In this document: positions 11,494 through 23,787 of the stretch, piece by piece
Position numbering within the stretch: the first letter of the stretch is position 1
Layout: each line of letters opens with the position of its first letter
From: Bigelowiella natans CCMP2755
Taxonomy: Eukaryota; Protista; Cercozoa
Direction: 5' to 3'
Length of the DNA: 35,687 bases
Assembly: GCA_000320545.1 (NCBI GenBank)
Contig: ADNK01000417.1
Coordinates: forward strand, 1-35,687
Made by a program: the position numbers and the translations under genes
The notes under the pieces: generated by a model
The model's database searches: none
What the model was told of the DNA's origin: nothing
What the model saw: only the letters and a program-made list of their open reading frames with translations

Positions 11494-11783
11494 TATGAGA
11501 AGGATGTCATGTATTAATTAAATTTGTTCAATTGTTATATCCCAGTTATACAGTGGCTGTCTAGCTGTGCAAAGCGGAGGCTACAGCAGCGTTTTATAAA
11601 GCGTACACATCAGTTATCCGAGACGGGTGTGATGTATAAATTAAATATCTTCTCAATAATGGTCACCCTAAGCAATGTAGCTATGCGGCATTATTTATGA
11701 GACGGATGTAATGAAATGTTTTAAATTTTTTCAATGGTCATCCTAATGTAGCTATGCAGAGCTTAAGTTGTATCTGTTTGTTT
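11494..11783 (-). repeat. Three head-to-tail copies of the double-hairpin repeat family (11494-11587, 11620-11689, 11696-11783)
   Basis: 11696-11783 is nearly the exact reverse complement of 22713-22814 with one internal deletion; the other two copies are more diverged. Confidence 0.9.
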
Positions 11784-12220
11784 ACACTAGCATAAATTTT
11801 CTGCAGGAAAGCTTTTGCAAGACAATTAATGCAATTTGCGGTGACGCAGCGCACTAGTGCAAACGCACGTTCACGTTATTATACACGCTGGGAAGCAAAA
11901 TATCGAATACGCAATCCAGCGATTGACTTGCTTGAATGCACTCAAAAGCAATGACTTTAGTCTTATCATATAGGTGCAACGCTATTATATATGGCGTGTT
12001 CGCCGCAGAGTAAATGCAGTGTTGGATTGATGAGTGGCAATAATAATAATGATGACAGTGCGCTCGCAGGAGGAGTGGGACGCGTTATTCAAGAGCTGAA
12101 AACGGCTTTGTTCCTTGCTTTAGATTCACCCTGCTTGCCCAATAATGTATTCTGCTCATGTTCTTAGTCTTAGATAATGACCTACACTTCTAATGTTGTT
12201 ATCGTGATTCTTCGATCACC

Positions 12221-13056
12221 TTACACCGCTTGTTGCTGCATGTGCTGCCTACGGTCGGCGTCGGGGTCCCAAAGTTTTGCTTCTGCGCTTCTCTCTGTCG
12301 CCATATCATCCTTTTGATCAAAAGAGTCAAGTTGACGATCAGATTCGTCCTCGCCGTTGAAAGCGGCAGAGGGGGATGGATCCTGGTTATTATTCCGCTC
12401 AAGATCACCCAGCTGGGCAGGGCTGCGAAAGAGATTATTATAGCAGTTGACAGACATCGTGAAGGCCACTGGGATGGTGATGAGCAGCAGGGCCCTCAGT
12501 TCGGTGGTGAACGTTAGAATTAGCATGTTGAGTCCCAAAAACATGCATGAATAGGAGAGCACAACTCGGCGATTGTCCCAAACAACATTCGAGCTCCGCG
12601 CTACCGCACCATAGATACCCATCGTCGGTCGTTCAAGATAGAGGGGGACCGCAAAGAACGTGAAAGGCATCAGAAACAAACATGGGACGATGTAAAGACA
12701 CCATGTCACCCCTGCGAGGAGGAATATGACTGCACCTAACTTGACAGATCGTATGTACATCCCTGTGTCGCGGTAACACCTCGTAAAGTCCTCGGATATA
12801 AGATGCTCATTGCGAATACTCTCCAAGATGGCGAGAAACGCAGAAGTTATCCCCGGGGCCATGATGAGTGCCTTAGGAATAAGGGCTAGAAAGATCTTGA
12901 AGAGTATCGTTTCCAGATAGTATGAAATTGATGTCTGTCCTTCGTAAACCATCAGCCACCTAGAATTATTGTCATAATTACGTTAAATAATAACTCGTCT
13001 TCTTAACTTGTTGTGATTTACATGGACGATCATGTAACACACAGTCGATTGGCGAT

Positions 13057-13113
<57 letters not shown>

Positions 13114-13773
13114 GAGAGAAAAATGAAGAGAGGAGGCGGGGGGAGACATGAAGGAATGTATCGTTGATATGTGCTCTTATATAAATGCTGTGCAAGGTAT
13201 TAGTATTTTTTAAACTTCTGAAGTCTCAGTACAGGTATAGTGCGATTTAAATTATGAACACAAGAATCAAACACACACGAAACGCATCACGTAGAAATAT
13301 AAGAAGTAACTAATGTGTGTTTCTTGGTATGGACAAGATGCAAAAGTAGTCATGCTGCTGCCGTATTACGTCAGGGGTGCTTTTCCTGGCTCAATGGAGA
13401 GGATATATCCCGCGATGTTGTAGGCGATGATCTCAAAGACCACGTATAAAATAAGCCACATCGCAGCCACCCCAGTATACTTGCCCAAGTTAAGGCAAAA
13501 AATTGTCCATGACGTAGTGAAGCAGATCGTCAGCTCAGATACTGAATTCTTCATTTCCTCCTCTGCGTTCGAATGAGCAGCAGGATCGACATCGTTTTGA
13601 TGGTTTTGATCAGCTTCCTTGCCTTCCCTTCCTATGCCCCCTATTTCTTCTAAGGGTATCTGCTCTAGACCACCCCTTTCATCATCCTTTAGCTCTTCAA
13701 GAGGGGTGTTGGCTCCTCCCTCTCCTTCGACGTCGCGTTCAACATCATTAACAGGTTCGTAGTTCTCGCTCAT
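12221..13773 (-). CDS. Multi-pass membrane protein of unknown function, DUF975 / GPDPase-membrane-domain-like; 2 exons
   Basis: Exon 1 (MSENYEP..KAPLT) splices in phase 2 to WLMVYEG..QQAV*. About 5-6 hydrophobic helices; FFAVPLYLERPTMGIYGAVARSSNVVWDN resembles the 'FAPyliv.e.lg..eAl.rSw.l.kgn' pattern of that family (recalled pattern, not searched). Confidence 0.7.
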
Positions 13774-14659
13774 TTCTCAGACTGTCCTCGCGTGAAAATT
13801 ATCCAATCTCGATGACCCAGTACCGAAGCTCAACCCTTCACGGGCTTGGAAAAGTGCAGGGATACACGGTCCGAGTTGGGGTGTTTGCTTACTTTAAGGT
13901 CTGAAGAAAATGATAGTCCAGACAAAAAAACGAATCAAGTTTGAATTAGCCCTTCTTGCTTCTCACAATCGCATCCAACATTAGTTCAATCGCTCGCCAG
14001 GATCACTCATACATATTTCCGTCTCCCCCCCCTTAAACATAAGACATAACCTATTCATTCACTGGGACCAAACAAAATCAATACATCGTCATCACTGGTT
14101 GATAGGCTTCCTCTCCAATTCATAACCACAAAAACAAAAACTAGGCGCCAAGCCAATAGATAGTGATGCTGCATTCTATCTGTCACCATGTACCATAACA
14201 CATTACACTGCTCATGCAAACTTCAAACCTCTTCGCTTCCTCTCTGCTTGTGTGTCGGCGTCCTTCGGTTCCTCTCTTTCAGCGTTCAGACGCCAAAAGT
14301 ATTGTCGCAGTATTGATATCCTCTCAATCTATTCCCTGTCCGAAAAAACATCTTATTAAACCCACAATTTCTCAATGCGACAAGATGTTTGGACATGTCG
14401 TATTTCTAAATTCTCTCTGGCAAAGTATCCGAAATCTCGAAATCCTCTTCTTCCTCTGTTCCGTTGTTTGTCCGACGATTTCCCACCACAACCTGAACGG
14501 GCCTGCACATGTAGTGCACACACAGCGTTTGTATCTGGGTTTGTGCGGTTTTCCACAGACGTATGTAGGAAATCCCATGTGTTTTTGCGCTGGCATGGTT
14601 GGCTGTCGGGAGAACATCTCGTCCATTCAGAATTCAAAGCACTTCATAATCCGAACCCA

Positions 14660-15601
14660 ATGATGCATTTTCTTGCCCCCCTCGTTCTCGCTTGTTGCGC
14701 TACCGCAGCTCCCTCCATGACTAGCACACGTGGACGCCTCTCCAAGGCAATTAACCCGCAGAGTACTAAGCCACACTACAAAAATGCGTTGAAGAACATC
14801 GCGAGGGACGTGAGCAGGAAGGCTGGCAAAGAAATACGTGAGCAAATTTGATGAGAAGAAGCGTGAAGCTTTCAACGGATTATGAAACCCATTATTTTGA
14901 AATATGCAGTGGGCGAAGGAACTGCACCCATGGGGAAGTTTTGGGATCCTGCTGGATTTACAAAGTAATCGATGCCCGTGTTATTTGCGCTCTAGGACTA
15001 ACAACTAACGAGTCTAATTTTTGCAGAGATCTCACACCAAATCAACTACGGCAGTATCGTGAAGCGGAGCTAACACACGGTATCCAAACTTTGGAACTAT
15101 ATAGCTAGTCTTCATCGCTTTGGTTAAATCACGATATCGTTTTAAAAAAAATCTTCGAGTATGCTCAGAAGACTCGTCAATTCTTCAGGTCGTGTTGCTA
15201 TGCTCGGAGCTCTCGGGTTTCTGACGCAAGAGGCATTTCACCCGCTCTTCGGAGGTAATATTGACGGACCTGCTGTCAATCATTTCGAGGAAATTACAAA
15301 GATCGCGCCCGGCTTCTGGTATCCTGTCTTACTGGCTATCGCTTTGGCTGAACTCGGCCGAGCTCGACTTGGGTGGCAAGATCCAGGCGCAGGTGGAGCA
15401 ATGTTCTCCCTACGTGATGGATATGAACCAGGAGATCTCGGATTCGATCCTCTAGGACTGAAACCAGGCAACCCCGCCGAGCTCGCAAGCATTAAAAATA
15501 AGGAGCTCAACAATGGCCGTCTGGCAATGCTTGCCCTCGCAGGCTTCATGGCCCAGGAGCTTGTCAATGGGAAGCCGATTATTGAGAATCTCCAGGGCTA
15601 A
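14660..15601 (+). CDS. LHCX: Light-harvesting complex protein, LI818/LHCSR/LHCX stress-related clade, with bipartite plastid-targeting leader; 4 exons
   Basis: MMHFLAPLVLACCATAAP..GKEI|LGEGTAPMGKFWDPAGFTK|DLTPNQLRQYREAELTHG|RVAMLGALGFLTQEAFHPLFGGNIDGPA..YEPGDLGFDPLGLKP..KELNNGRLAMLA. REAELTHGRVAML, E-x-FHPLF, GPA and KELNNGRLAM are typical of LI818/LHCX. Confidence 0.93.
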
Positions 15602-16361
15602 GTGTAACAAGCAATTGCTCTCTTCAATTGTCTATGATGGTATCGAGCAGAGTTACGAAGAAATGAACAGAGATATCATTTTTCAGAATTGTGCCATAAT
15701 GACGATGATGCGAATGCCATATTCCATATTTTCTGTGTAGCATATGGCTCGCGCTGAGGTATAGACATAGAGGCCGGCCAGACGCGCATGCATATACATG
15801 CAGCCTAGAGCCACTCACGCTCGATCTTTCTGACTAGATATCACTACAGCATACGATACGCGATGCGAATGCATGCGCACATGCGTCTCAGACGAGCACA
15901 GCATAGTTCATCACCCTGCTGCGGTGGTGCGGCTACTTGCCGCGCAACACGTCTACCTCACCGCATACTAAGATCTATCATATAATCATGAGGACCAATC
16001 ACTGCATTAATTCGCATTGAATCTATAGGCAAGAGCGGTTCTGCTTCGGCATCGAAACATCATCTCTACACGCACATATGCACAGCTGGATAGTGGATAT
16101 TGTAGCAAAGCCGCACCTCACACATCACGCCAATTTTTTGGTCCATTTGTCCACAATGATACAAGTATAAAATGGCTCTTAGGAAGTTGCGCACACATTT
16201 TTCGCACAAAACAATGGTAAATATACACTAGATTCCTAGCTGACTTCCCTGGTGTTTGACGTCTTGATCATCACAAGAAAATCCAAGAGTAGGCCCTCAA
16301 ACAAATGAAGATGCATGAACGGACTAACGCTTCAGAGTCATTCAGCAAGCGTCCTCGATAA

Positions 16362-18736
16362 TCATTGATTTATGGAGTTGATTGCCTCATAGTAGATGAG
16401 TTGCTCTATTTCCATAGCCACCCCGTCGTACTTTTTGCCAAATTTCTCATGAATGAAACCTCTCATTTCGTCTGTTCCAGACTTATCTTTGACGCAAGCG
16501 TATAATTCTTCAAATTTCTGCACATCCAGGGAGTTCTTCTTGAATTTGCCTAATATTTTTTTCCGAAAGTTCCTGGCACGGTCCTGTCGCGAGACACTCG
16601 GATTTTCTACGTTGGCTTGGCCTCTTGCGTTGCGCCTTGCGGAGGAGGATTCTGGATACCTTGACACCTGATGAGCGTAACGCAACAATTCATCATAATT
16701 TGAACGTTTACGACAAATAAATTTTAACAAACCCTGCTGCTGCTGCTGGCGCTGCTATCCTCTGTAAAATCGTCTTCTTCGTAATCATCATCAGAGGGCA
16801 GTTCTGCAACAACGGATTTAAGATCAAGAAAGCCTTTTCCTGTTGCAGCCCCTACAGGCTGGTTATCAAGGCTGTAATGGCCACTTGCTTTTGCTGGTCT
16901 TTCATCGTATGGATTATTTCTTCTTATCGGAGGAGATATCAGAGCCTCGTTTCTGCTTGAGTTCCAGTTAGATCTTGCATGAATCTGGATATTTGGCTCG
17001 CTACTTGCGTAATCGCTCCGTGCAGATTGCGATTTATGGCTTGTACTTCGAGAGGACGATGCTGATGAGACACGAGGCCTTTGTTGAGGTTGTTGCCCCC
17101 CCCCGAAGGAAACCGCAGATTGCGCACGAGGTGAAGGATCAAACGGGTTGTTCTTCTTCTTATAATCAAAACCTGAAGCATCTTGGCTGCCGAACATTAT
17201 TTTGGGCGACGCGAGAGGTGAACCTGCAAATTCACCCATATATCGATGTCGTGCCATTGCACGCGCCTTTTGATTCTCAGCAAGGGTCTTCTGCGCTTGA
17301 ATGTTGTATCTACGCATCTCCTCCTCCTTTCGTCTCTGTTTCTGCAGCTTGACTAACTCTGCCTTCGAGAGACCTGCTGCTGCAGCTCCTTCTTTAGGGG
17401 GTGAGCCTGCACTTGTCATAGGAGGTGAAGAGCTTCCACCACCACCACCACCACCATGCAGACCGTCACTGCTAGCTTGCCTCTGTCTCATGCGGCTATT
17501 TAATCGACGTAGTGTTGCTAGTTTTTTCTCGGTAGGACTCGTCAAATCGGATCTGGACGCTTGTCGGGTGCTTGGACGCGACCCATTTCTCCAGAATTTT
17601 ATCAACTTTGTGGAGCGTTCTTTGATGTACGATTTTCCCAGGATGTCTTTTACTACCGGGCGTTTTCTAGGGTCTTTTTCCAGCATGCTATCAATGAGTG
17701 AAGCCAGCTCGACGCTGTGAAACAAAGGGTTATTGGGAGGAGTGTTATACAAGTCCTTTTTCTAATCATTAGTATACTTTCTGGAAATTGGAAACCACAT
17801 ACCTATACTTCTTTGGAATTGGGGGGTGCTTTTTCTGCACAATCTTCCACACAAGACCCAAAAGATTATTAGCGTTGAAAGCATGGTTAAGAGTGCACAT
17901 TTCATACAGCACGCATCCCATTGCCCAAACATCGCTGGGTTTGCTGTAAGGCTTGTTCTCGCATACTTCAGGACTCATGGAGCTGATAAAGAATACAAAA
18001 GTGGTCAGTAAATCATCAAGATATGGCTGTATGGATTCGCTTACAATGGGGTCCCAACCACAGAAGTTGCAAGCTCGTGAGTTCCGTTTAATACACGAGC
18101 GATTCCAAAATCGCCCAACTTGACAATGCCTTGCGAAGTCAGAAATATATTCTACAAAAAGAGTGATGGAATGGATTTAAATATTTTTTCCATTAAAAAT
18201 GAATTAAACCCAATATGACCTGGGATTTTATATCACGGTGGATGATATGATTTTTGTGACAGAAACGAATAGCCAAGGCAATTTGTGTAAACCACATCAA
18301 GATGACCTGAACAGTTTACGACAATGGAATCACGCAAAGAAGTTCATTCTTAGTAAAAATCAAATACATCTTCTTCGAAGTGGACTCCATCTTGCTTGCG
18401 GATCCTTGATGCAAGGTCTCCACCGTCGCAAAATTCCATGATGATGTGTAATGTCTCCTTCACCATCACACTCTCCTTGTACGATACAATCAATGGATGG
18501 CGCATACTTTGGAGCATGATAACTTCCTTTTGGGCGCCTTCCCTTTCCTGGCTGCTTAGTTGGTCCAACGCCAGCGACTTATCGACATAGAACTTTCCGT
18601 CCTCTGAAGACTTTACGAGAGTGACGACACCGAAGTTCCCTCTACCGATGCGCTTAACTTTATGATACACCTCCAACCTTCGTGGATCATTGCTAGGCCC
18701 ACGCCTTTTAGGTGTCGCGGGAACAGAGGCAGACAT
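16362..18736 (-). CDS. NIMA-related Ser/Thr kinase (NEK1/3/5-like); ~6 exons
   Basis: [38 protein letters not shown]|[21 protein letters not shown]|[28 protein letters not shown]; coiled-coil and low-complexity tail; ends ..[14 protein letters not shown]. Confidence 0.93.
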
Positions 18737-18834
18737 ATATCCTGGCTAGGCCGGACTGACCCCGAAGCCCTCAGTTGCTCGCGCTTACTTACTTCAAAGT
18801 TAATCTGGGTCTTTGTGAGTAGAACGTGAGAGTG

Positions 18835-18836
<2 letters not shown>

Positions 18837-18904
<68 letters not shown>
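18837..18904. repeat. (AG)n microsatellite ~100 bp upstream of the NEK start codon
   Basis: Read directly. One of dozens of di- and trinucleotide microsatellites in the window; most of the others are intronic. Confidence 0.95.
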
Positions 18905-19502
18905 CAGAAGGGTTGGGAATACTCTAGTGTTATCCTCCTTTCCCCTTCTATCTTCTCGTCCTCCTCTTTCTCTACTACGCGAGTAGCAGCTATGATCGAT
19001 CACTCCCGCTCCCCCCGATTTGAAGTAGGAGCTCTCCCAAACGTCACCGGGAATTTCACGTCCATTTTGCTTCCTTATACCATGTCGCTTTCCATATTTC
19101 TAGTGGATTCGATTCGAAATTCAACCAAGTAAAATTCCTCTCAATTCCCTGTGTTCGGTTGTCTTCAGGGCAAAAGTCTCTGCTGGGTAAATTATTGATG
19201 GGTATAGGAGAAAAAGACCTTGAGACTACGAAAAATAGAATCCATACTATTTTTTCGGCCTCACATGCAGCTGTGACGGGAAAAATATCTGCGCCGCATT
19301 GTGCCAATTCATGGCGGCAAAGGGCTGATTCTAGTCATAAATGGCCTGCATTTTATGCGGAAAATACAGTTCTTCACTTTTTTCGGTTGTGTGTGTTGAC
19401 CAACCTAGAATTCCTTTCTTCCGCGTCCCCCCCACCCAACGACTCTTCAAACTTTCCTCGTCCGGTGGTCGGTGCAAGAAACAACCTCCCATCATCGCCA
19501 GT

Positions 19503-19839
19503 ATGCTCTTCAGATCCAGAAATGTGCTCGCGTCTGCTCGAAGGATTGTGGGCTTCGTCCGGCAAACCCGGCCTATCATGACAGGTATCATCGTGCACAG
19601 TGGTAAAATACAGCCTGTTTCTGATGAGTTTGTGCGGCTTTCAGCTCGGCGCACCCCTCCGCTCCTCATGAGGTGATAGATTATAATATGGATTTTTGTG
19701 AGCTAGATCGTTACAGTGTATCTTTGCAGAAATGCCACTGTGGGTTGCTTGCAACGCCGACAATTCTCCACGGAACCCATTATTGTGCCTGATCTGGGAG
19801 ACTCCATCACAGAAGGGACGGTAGTAGAGTGGGTCAAAG

Positions 19840-19890
<51 letters not shown>

Positions 19891-21261
19891 CATCTTATAC
19901 ATATACCCTTCATTTTCAGAAAACTGAGCTCGAATCTTTGTGGTTTCCTCCCAACAAAACAAACAGGAACTCAAGATTACGTGAATGTGGACGACGTTAT
20001 TTGCGTGTTGGAAACTGATAAAGTTAGCGTGGATATCCGTTCAGAGAAGGCCGGGCTTCTCCTAGAGCACCTTGCAGAGGAAGGAGATACCGTTGAGGTG
20101 AAGAATCGTGTGTGCAATTATCGGCCCCCTCTTAACGGATTCGCATTGATATTTTTCAAGGTCGGCGCCGAAATAGCCAAGCTGGATACTGCAGCTGATG
20201 CGCCAGCACAAACCGAAGCAGCACCCAAAGGTCCATCAGCAGCCCCATCACAACACTACTTTCCTATGATGTTTGCTGACCCTGCTTGTAATCAGAAACA
20301 AGCACACCAGTTGCAGAAGAGAAAAGCGGCTCTCCTCCCCCTGCTGCTGCTCCAGCATCCACTCCCCCCCCCTCCCCGCCTAAACCTGCTGCATCCAAGG
20401 CAACCCCCGAACCAGCTCCAAAACCATCCCCTGGATCACGGTGCTACTTGTGAACATAACCCCGAAAAGTAACAAATTCTTGACAAACGCTGGTTGCTTT
20501 TTGTAGAGAGGAAAATAGGGTTGCTATGACTCGGATGAGAATGCGTATTGCTGAACGTTTGAAGGACGCGCAGAACACCGCTGCAATGCTCACGACATTT
20601 AACGAGATCGATATGTCTAATATCATGGCGGTAAGCCCTGTCATCAAAAACCAAATCGAGTGAGCAAGATGAAACAACAACCCTGTTCATATTCAGATCC
20701 GTTCCAAATACAAAGACCAATTTCTTGACAAGCATGGGGCAAAGCTGGGATTTATGTCTGCTTTTGTCGCAGCCTCCTCCAAAGCGCTTATAAACTTCCC
20801 GCAGGTCCTTGTTGTGTAATTGTGGTTGCATAGTCCACACAGTATTCCGATTATCATGATCAAAATATATAAAATATAACTCTACACGTGCACTGAAAAT
20901 CCACTCATAATTTTTCTACGATAAATTCACGGGTGAGCTGGCTTTATTTTCGGGACTAAACCCGCCTATTTATCTCCACACTTCATTGCGTCTGAACAAA
21001 AAATTATGCTCGCTTTTCTAGGTGAATGCTGCAATTGATGGCAAGGAGATTGTTTATCGTTCTTACGCGGATATCAGCGTTGCTGTAGCAACCCCAACAG
21101 GATTGGTAATAAACTGGTATCTTGCTGCGCATTATCATGCATTTGCTAATACACGTACGGTTTTCACAGGTTACGCCAGTATTACGAAATACAGAAAACA
21201 TGAGCTTCTACGATATTGAAGCTGAAATCGCTGCCCTCGGCAAGAAAGCTCGCGATGTAAA

Positions 21262-21310
<49 letters not shown>

Positions 21311-21824
21311 CTTTAGTTTTGACAGTTGCCGCCATACATTCATTCATTCCCTATTAACGCCAAACGCTTATTCAAATGATGTTAGGGTAAAATTGCTATC
21401 GAGGATATGCTTGGCGGCACATTCACAATTTCGAATGGAGGTACTAAACCTGCAGCCTTGAGAAGAAACTCATTTGAAGTTGAAGGAGGATGATTTCTGT
21501 TCTTGAATAAATAAGGTGTATACGGATCTCTCATGGGGACTCCAATCATCAACCCTCCACAAACAGCTATCTTGGGCATGCATGGTAGTTCTTTCTCGCT
21601 AAGTTGTCGCTTTGGAAGCGATATATTCACTAAACCACGATTTTTCTCTTACAGGAATCTTCAAAAGACCAGTAGCTATTGGAGACTCAGTTGAGATCCG
21701 CCCAATGATGTATGTGGCGCTTACATATGATCACCGTTTAATAGACGGATCAGATGCAGTACTTTTCTTGAGGAAAATAAAGCAGCATGTGGAAGATCCT
21801 GTTACGATACTGTTGGACCTTTAA
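19503..21824 (+). CDS. DLST: Mitochondrial 2-oxoglutarate dehydrogenase E2 (dihydrolipoyllysine succinyltransferase); ~11 exons
   Basis: Arg-rich presequence [14 protein letters not shown]; lipoyl domain [22 protein letters not shown]; Pro/Ala linker; [30 protein letters not shown]; [10 protein letters not shown]|[15 protein letters not shown]; catalytic [10 protein letters not shown]; ends LLDL*. Confidence 0.97.
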
Positions 21825-22415
21825 TTGTCCGTTTCACCTAGTCGTCTTTACGGAGGCGCAGTAATCACATTTTCGATTTTAGTAGGAAAACCAACTGTGT
21901 CGCACAAACAAAGGCCACATTGCATCAAACCATCGATCATACTTGTACATCGTGAAGCGTACTTGCTTTTTCTGGGTGTTTGCAAGTGCAAGGATGTGAT
22001 GAAAATCCAGCACATCATACATGGATTCCACAGCTTGCTTCAATGAGTCAATATTGCAGATTACATAGCTGCTGCACATGTAGCTTCGCTCTACTTGTGC
22101 TGTGTATTCTCTAAGTATTTATATATATATTAATAAGACTACATAGCGAACGCACTGCCAAGCTAGCATGCTAGCATGGCTGAATATTCGCACTATTATT
22201 GGGGTCATTGTGATGCGCAAGCACGCGATGTCGTCATACTATCGTAGCATACCTATGCTAGCTAGTCGAGCGGCTAGATAATGAGCTCATTCTACAGAGC
22301 ACACGCACAACACTAGAGACTAGATCTAGTAGATATAAAATCTATAGATCAAAATGTTTAGCTCATCGCGTCCCCGAAAATTCTCGCTCACCATTGCGGG
22401 CGAACTCTTATAGCA

Positions 22416-22824
22416 ATAATCCCGCACGGTCGAAAGAGAATGCTTTTGCATGCATGAAGCACAGAGAGTGGCAGAAACCAACAGACACAACATCAGCGCT
22501 GTAGCCGCTGCATTGCACAGCTACATCAGGATGACCATTGAAAAAATTTAATTTATTCATTACATCCGTCTCATAATCCCGCACGGATAACTCAATCTAA
22601 GGCCAAATAATACAAATTAGCTCGTATATTATCAACATACAACCTGGCATATATATAATGGCTTGCTAGACCTAATCATCGTGCATTTTCATGCATGCAT
22701 CATGTGACCAAGGAAACCAACAGATACAACTTAAGCGCTGTAGCCGCTGCATTGCATAGCTACATTAGGATGACCATTGAAAAAATTTAAACATTTCATT
22801 ACATCCGTCTCATATATAATGGCT
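22416..22824 (+). repeat. Two best-preserved copies of the double-hairpin repeat family (cores 22474-22575 and 22713-22814), each with its own 13-14 bp flanking duplication
   Basis: GAAACCAACAGA(C/T)ACAAC..AGCGCTGTAGCCGCTGCATTGCA(C/T)AGCTACAT(C/T)AGGATGACCATTGAAAAAATTTAA..TTCATTACATCCGTCTCATA occurs twice. Confidence 0.92.
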
Positions 22825-23094
22825 ACATACAGGCGGGACATACGACGCACTTATCATGTCCAGGTGTGCAGATTTAAAATGTATTTGCGTTGCTCTAGTG
22901 CTGCTAGGAATCCCTCGCTGATCGATGCCCTCGATATGTAGCTGGCATTGTCCACCGAGAAAAAGAGCGGACGTATATATAGACGATTAGCATTCATTGT
23001 TATCTGCTAAATACCGCAATAAGCATGGCCCAATCTAGCAATGCGCGGTGTGGATTCATGATGAATTCTAAGATCGGTTTATCATTTTGAAGAA

Positions 23095-23740
23095 TTATGC
23101 ATTTCTCGATTCTTGTTTGAGGAACTCCTCGGCATTGGCCGTATTCATTTCTGCGACAGCTTCAAAGACTTTCTTGACGTTTCGAATCAGGAAAAGACCT
23201 GAGCACGTGTGTCATTATGTGGCCCAAACAACGCATTCAACTTAGTAGCATGTACTATTATGGATATTATTATATCTATCATCGCTTACGGTTGTTCAGT
23301 GCTTGTTTCTTCTTTGGGAGAGAGATGGCCGAGTTCCCACTTTTAATGCGTCGAAGCGCCGCTGCCCCTTCTTTACAAGATGTGTACAGACGAGCGCTTT
23401 CCATAGCATGCCCTGATTGAGTGACGGTGACAGTGCTCAGCAAAAGCAAGGAGAATGATGCTTTTAAAAAAAAAAAAATCCCCAAGAAGGCACTTTACGT
23501 TTTCTCTTCCCAGCATTTTCTTTAATAGGACGCGATCCAAATGTCCCCGAGCAATTCTTTGCGCCACAGAGGCACTTCTGCCTCGCGTTTCCGACCGTTG
23601 CGAAGTTGTAGTCCCACGTGAGCTCCGTGCCGGCAGGGATATCTCTCAGCGCATACATCCCTGCACACGATGCATCATACCGGGTTGGGTTAAATGCGTT
23701 TTTGAAAGACACATACTCGAAGGGAAGTTTAATTATCATG

Positions 23741-23787
<47 letters not shown>

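Noticed and set aside
18560-18600. NEK as a pseudokinase (YVDK instead of VAIK; GTPFS instead of GTPYY)
   Set aside because: The catalytic Lys, HRD, DFG and SPE motifs are all intact.
22474-22814. Repeat-spacer-repeat layout as a CRISPR array
   Set aside because: Units are ~100 bp or longer, diverged, few and irregularly spaced; the context is eukaryotic and no cas genes are present.
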